Shown here: positions 61,009-64,000 of the stretch, piece by piece
Numbering within the stretch: the first letter of the stretch is position 1
How the letters are laid out: each line of letters starts with the position of its first letter
Assembly (NCBI GenBank): GCA_036397065.1
Contig: DASWJP010000004.1
Location: forward strand, 8,439 to 72,438
Source of the DNA: Kiloniellales bacterium
GTDB taxonomy: Bacteria > Pseudomonadota > Alphaproteobacteria > Kiloniellales > J153
Length of the DNA: 64,000 nt
Direction of reading: 5' to 3'
The notes under the pieces: generated by a model
The model's database searches: none
Told to the model about the DNA's origin: nothing
The model's input: the letters and a program-made list of their open reading frames with translations, nothing else
Made by a program: the position numbers and the translations under genes

Positions 61009-61473
61009 CTAGATACTGAAGTCCGGCACCCGCGCGGCCTCGCTATCGATGTGCAAGGTGCGGGCGCGGGTACACAGATCTTCCACCGTCAGATGATCCA
61101 GGCGTTCCATGATCTCGCGCTGCAGATCGCCCCACAGGGGCCGGATGACCTTGAGGGCGATTTCGGAGCCGTCCGCCGCGTTCTCGGTTTCGATCACGCT
61201 GTCGCCGCCTTCGAGCGCGCCGACCACCCGCATGATATCGCCGACGGAGATGCGCCGCCGCTCGCGCGCCAGGCGATAGCCGCCGCGCGGGCCGCGTTGG
61301 CCGGCCAGTATGCCCTTGTGCACCAGCTCCTGCAGCACCTGCTCCAAATAGCGGCGGGGGATGCCTTGGCGCCGCGAGATGTCGCCGGAGCGCACCGGGT
61401 CGGCGCCGGCGTGATAGGCGATGTCGACGACCGCCTCGATGGCGAACAGACGTTTCTTGGAAAGACGGAGCAT
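61009..61473 (-). CDS. Rrf2-family transcriptional regulator lacking the Fe-S Cys ligands (CymR-like)
   Basis: MLRLSKKRLFAIEAVVDIAYHAG..PVRSGDISRRQGIPRRYLEQVLQELVHKGILAGQRGPRGGYRLA. There is a single Cys, so no three-Cys cluster motif. The ATG at 61473 is preferred over the track start 61563. Confidence 0.82.
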   Translation of the reverse strand: MLRLSKKRLFAIEAVVDIAYHAGADPVRSGDISRRQGIPRRYLEQVLQELVHKGILAGQRGPRGGYRLARERRRISVGDIMRVVGALEGGDSVIETENAADGSEIALKVIRPLWGDLQREIMERLDHLTVEDLCTRARTLHIDSEAARVPDFSI

Positions 61474-61480
61474 CGGCCGC

Positions 61481-61957
61481 CTACCGCTTCGTTCCGGCAG
61501 CCTGCGCCGCCATGCCGGTGGAGCCGAAGCCACCGTCGCCGCGTGCGCTGTCCGGCAACGCATCGACGGCGTGCCAGCGGGCCTGGACGCACGGAGCGAT
61601 CACCATCTGGGCGATGCGCTCGCCGCGGCGGACGGTGAACGGCTGCTGGCCGTGGTTGATCAGGATGACGCCGACCTCGCCGCGATAGTCCGCATCGATG
61701 GTCCCCGGCGAATTGAGCACCGTGACGCCGTGCTTGAGCGCCAGGCCCGAGCGCGGCCGCACCTGGGCCTCGACGCCGGCCGGCAGGGCGATGGCAATGC
61801 CCGTGGGGATCAGGGCGCGCGCACCGGGCGGCAGCACCACATCCGCGGCCACCGCCGCGACCAGATCGACACCGGCGCTCAACGCCGTCGCATAGGCGGG
61901 CAAGGGCAGACCTTCGCCGTGCGGCAGGCGGCGCAGGGGAATCTCCCAGTGCGTCAT
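61481..61957 (-). CDS. dut: dUTP diphosphatase
   Basis: [25 protein letters not shown] and GFGSTG motifs. The ATGA start overlaps the coaBC stop. Confidence 0.93.
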   Translation of the reverse strand: MTHWEIPLRRLPHGEGLPLPAYATALSAGVDLVAAVAADVVLPPGARALIPTGIAIALPAGVEAQVRPRSGLALKHGVTVLNSPGTIDADYRGEVGVILINHGQQPFTVRRGERIAQMVIAPCVQARWHAVDALPDSARGDGGFGSTGMAAQAAGTKR

Positions 61958-63162
61958 GGGACCGCGCCACCCTCCAGATGATCGGCGATGCGCGCCGCCA
62001 ATCGCGCCGCCACATCGTCCTTGCTCAGTCGCGGCCAGGTATCGACACCGGCGGCATCGATCACATGCACGCGGTTCTCCGCGCCGCCGAAGGTGCCGCT
62101 GGCGGGCGAGACGTCGTTGGCGACGATCCAGTCGCAGCCCTTCTTGCGCAGCTTGGCGGTGGCGTGGGCGATCAGGTTCTCGGTCTCGGCGGCAAAGCCG
62201 ATCACCAGGTGCGGCCGGCTGTTGCCCGCCGCCGCCAGGCTGGCCAGGATATCGGGATTGGCGGTCAGCGCCAGTTTCGGCGCAGCGCCGTTTTTCTTGA
62301 TCTTCTGTTCGCTCGGTTTGGCCAGGCGCCAGTCGGAGACGGCGGCGGCACACACCGCCACGTCCACCGGCAAGGCGGCGCGGCAGGCGGCCAGCATCTC
62401 TTCAGCCGATTCGATATGGATCACCTGTACCCCCGCCGGATCGTCCAGGCGCGTCGGGCCGGTGACCAGGGTGGTCCGGGCCCCCAATCGCGACAGGGCC
62501 TGGGCGATGGCGTGGCCCTGGCGGCCGGACGAGCGGTTGGCGATGTAGCGCACCGGATCGATCGCCTCGTAGGTCGGCCCGCTGGTGACCAGGGCGCGGC
62601 GGCCGCTGAGACGAGTCCCGGCCGAGAAATAGCTTTCGATGGCGGCGAGGATTTCATCCGGCTCGGCCATGCGGCCCGGGCCGAACTCGCCGCAGGCCAT
62701 GTCGCCCTCGTTCGGCCCGACGGTGCGCACGCCGCGGACGCGCAAGGTGGCCAGATTGGCCTGGGTCGCCGGATGCTCCCACATGCGCACGTTCATGGCC
62801 GGGGCCAGCAAGACAGCTGTGTCCGTGGCCAGTAGCGTGGTGGAGGCCAGATCGTCGGCCCGGCCGGTGGCCATCTTGGCCATCAGATCGGCGCTCGCCG
62901 GGGCCACCACGATCAGGTCGGCCTCGCGGGACAGGCGGATGTGGCCCATTTCCGCCTCGTCGGTGAGGGAGAACAGGTCGTTGTAGACCTTGTTCTCGCT
63001 GAGGGCGGCCAGGGACAGGGGGGTGACGAACTCGGCCCCGGCGCGGGTCAGGATGCAGCGCACGCTGCCTCCCCGCTCACGCACCCGGCGGATCAGCTCC
63101 AGCGACTTATAGGCGGCGATGCCGCCGGAGACGATCAGGAGCAGGCGCTTGCCGGCAATCAT
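61954..63162 (-). CDS. coaBC: bifunctional phosphopantothenoylcysteine decarboxylase / phosphopantothenate--cysteine ligase CoaBC
   Basis: Flavoprotein N-domain ([38 protein letters not shown]) and CoaB C-domain ([25 protein letters not shown]). Confidence 0.93.
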   Translation of the reverse strand: MIAGKRLLLIVSGGIAAYKSLELIRRVRERGGSVRCILTRAGAEFVTPLSLAALSENKVYNDLFSLTDEAEMGHIRLSREADLIVVAPASADLMAKMATGRADDLASTTLLATDTAVLLAPAMNVRMWEHPATQANLATLRVRGVRTVGPNEGDMACGEFGPGRMAEPDEILAAIESYFSAGTRLSGRRALVTSGPTYEAIDPVRYIANRSSGRQGHAIAQALSRLGARTTLVTGPTRLDDPAGVQVIHIESAEEMLAACRAALPVDVAVCAAAVSDWRLAKPSEQKIKKNGAAPKLALTANPDILASLAAAGNSRPHLVIGFAAETENLIAHATAKLRKKGCDWIVANDVSPASGTFGGAENRVHVIDAAGVDTWPRLSKDDVAARLAARIADHLEGGAVP

Positions 63163-63248
63163 GGGGAAGGGAACCTATTATACGGCTTCACGTGGTAGAT
63201 AAGGTAGGCGCCGCCCGGCGCCCTGGCAAGATAGTGCCATAACAGGGG

Positions 63249-64000
63249 TTAAATGATCGCCGCCAGGCCCAAGGTCAAGGCGGCGATGGCCAGCCACAGC
63301 GCCCATTGGGCCATCCGCCCGCTGCCGCCTCTCAGCGCCTGGGCGCTCTCCGGATGCAGGCGCAGGCCCCCGGCCGCCAGATCGCCGGCCACCGTGTCCA
63401 GATTGTCGAGCAGGCCGGGCAGGCGTTCCAGGGCAGCGGCCAGATCCCGCCCGGCCCGGCGCACCCGCGCCTCTGGCCCGCGGTTCTCCACCATCCAGGC
63501 CTGGGCCAGGGGCTCGGCCAGGGTCCAGATGTTCAGGGTCGGGTCCAGGCGGCGGCTCACCCCTTCCGCCATCATCATGTTCTTCTGCAGCAGCAGAAGC
63601 TGCGGCTGGACCGGCATGGCGAAGGATTCGCTCAGGTGCAACAGGCTGCCGAGCAGGCGGGCGAAGGAAATGTCCTGCAACGGCCGGTCGAAGATCGGCT
63701 CGGCGATGGCGCGCAGGGCCTGGGCGAAGGCATCCAGGGACTCCTGGGCGGGCAGATAGCCGGCCTGCACATGCACCTCGGCCAGGCGCCGGTAATCGCG
63801 CGCCAGCACCGCCAGCAGCATGTCGGCCAGATAGGTGCGGGTCTTGAGATCGACCCGGCCCATGATGCCGAAATCGACGGCGACGATGTTGCCGTCCGTA
63901 TCGACGAACATGTTGCCGGGGTGCTGGTCGCCGTGAAAGAAGCCGTCGCGGAACACCTGATTGAAGAAGATCGCCGCCGCCTTGGTCAGGACGGCGGTGA
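63249..64000 (-). CDS. ubiB: UbiB/ABC1 atypical kinase family protein (C-terminal part; 5' end outside window)
   Basis: The frame is open to the window edge (…FFNQVFRDGFFHGDQHPGNMFVDTDGNIVAVDFGIMG…), giving the ABC1 kinase catalytic motif. There are C-terminal TM helices. Confidence 0.85.
   Translation of the reverse strand, partial: TAVLTKAAAIFFNQVFRDGFFHGDQHPGNMFVDTDGNIVAVDFGIMGRVDLKTRTYLADMLLAVLARDYRRLAEVHVQAGYLPAQESLDAFAQALRAIAEPIFDRPLQDISFARLLGSLLHLSESFAMPVQPQLLLLQKNMMMAEGVSRRLDPTLNIWTLAEPLAQAWMVENRGPEARVRRAGRDLAAALERLPGLLDNLDTVAGDLAAGGLRLHPESAQALRGGSGRMAQWALWLAIAALTLGLAAII

Noticed and set aside
63177-63182. Perfect TATAAT (minus strand) 14 nt upstream of the coaBC ATG
   Set aside because: There is no acceptable -35 at 16-18 nt, and a start site here would leave almost no leader or SD. 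It may be coincidental.

Overview
GC-rich, gene-dense chromosomal core segment that looks alphaproteobacterial. The markers are MucR/Ros, Irr with an ICE-type box, OlsBA, Alph_Pro_TM/TIGR02186, DUF1194 and irr divergent from fabA-fabB-fabI. A Rhodospirillales-like origin is possible but cannot be shown from the sequence alone. I call 62 protein-coding genes, almost all housekeeping. They include a complete Pho block (phoR-pstSCAB-phoU-phoB, with a textbook Pho box), maeB, mutS, glnD-murJ-trpS, a TauE/Alph_Pro_TM/Usp trio, nfu, tsaB-rimI, mucR, fur/mur and olsBA. Further along are miaB-phoH-ybeY-corC-lnt, metK-trmB, rimP-nusA-ylxR-infB-rbfA-truB-rpsO-pnp, ugpQ, fabA-fabB-fabI, irr, a rubrerythrin/Fe-S/DUF3501 trio, a CzrA-like ArsR regulator with a short CDF exporter, cysK-moeB-DUF1194, coaBC-dut-rrf2 and ubiB. 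I saw no rRNA, tRNA, CRISPR array, transposase, integrase, phage or recognisable defence gene, and no compositional island larger than a promoter region. I did not find a convincing new multi-gene system of the accessory-island type, so this is an ordinary core region. The observations most worth follow-up are: (1) a four-segment terminator/antiterminator leader with a 28-codon upstream ORF in front of rimP-nusA-infB; (2) an Irr/ICE-type operator overlapping a near-consensus promoter for the uncharacterised rubrerythrin / HdrD-like Fe-S / DUF3501 module; (3) a translationally coupled cysK-moeB-DUF1194 unit next to coaBC-dut and a cluster-less Rrf2 regulator; (4) the alphaproteobacteria-specific TauE-TIGR02186-Usp operon; (5) an unusual metK leader. 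The many long antisense ORFs in the track are GC-driven artefacts. All functional calls rest on motif recognition by eye, and no database search was run.
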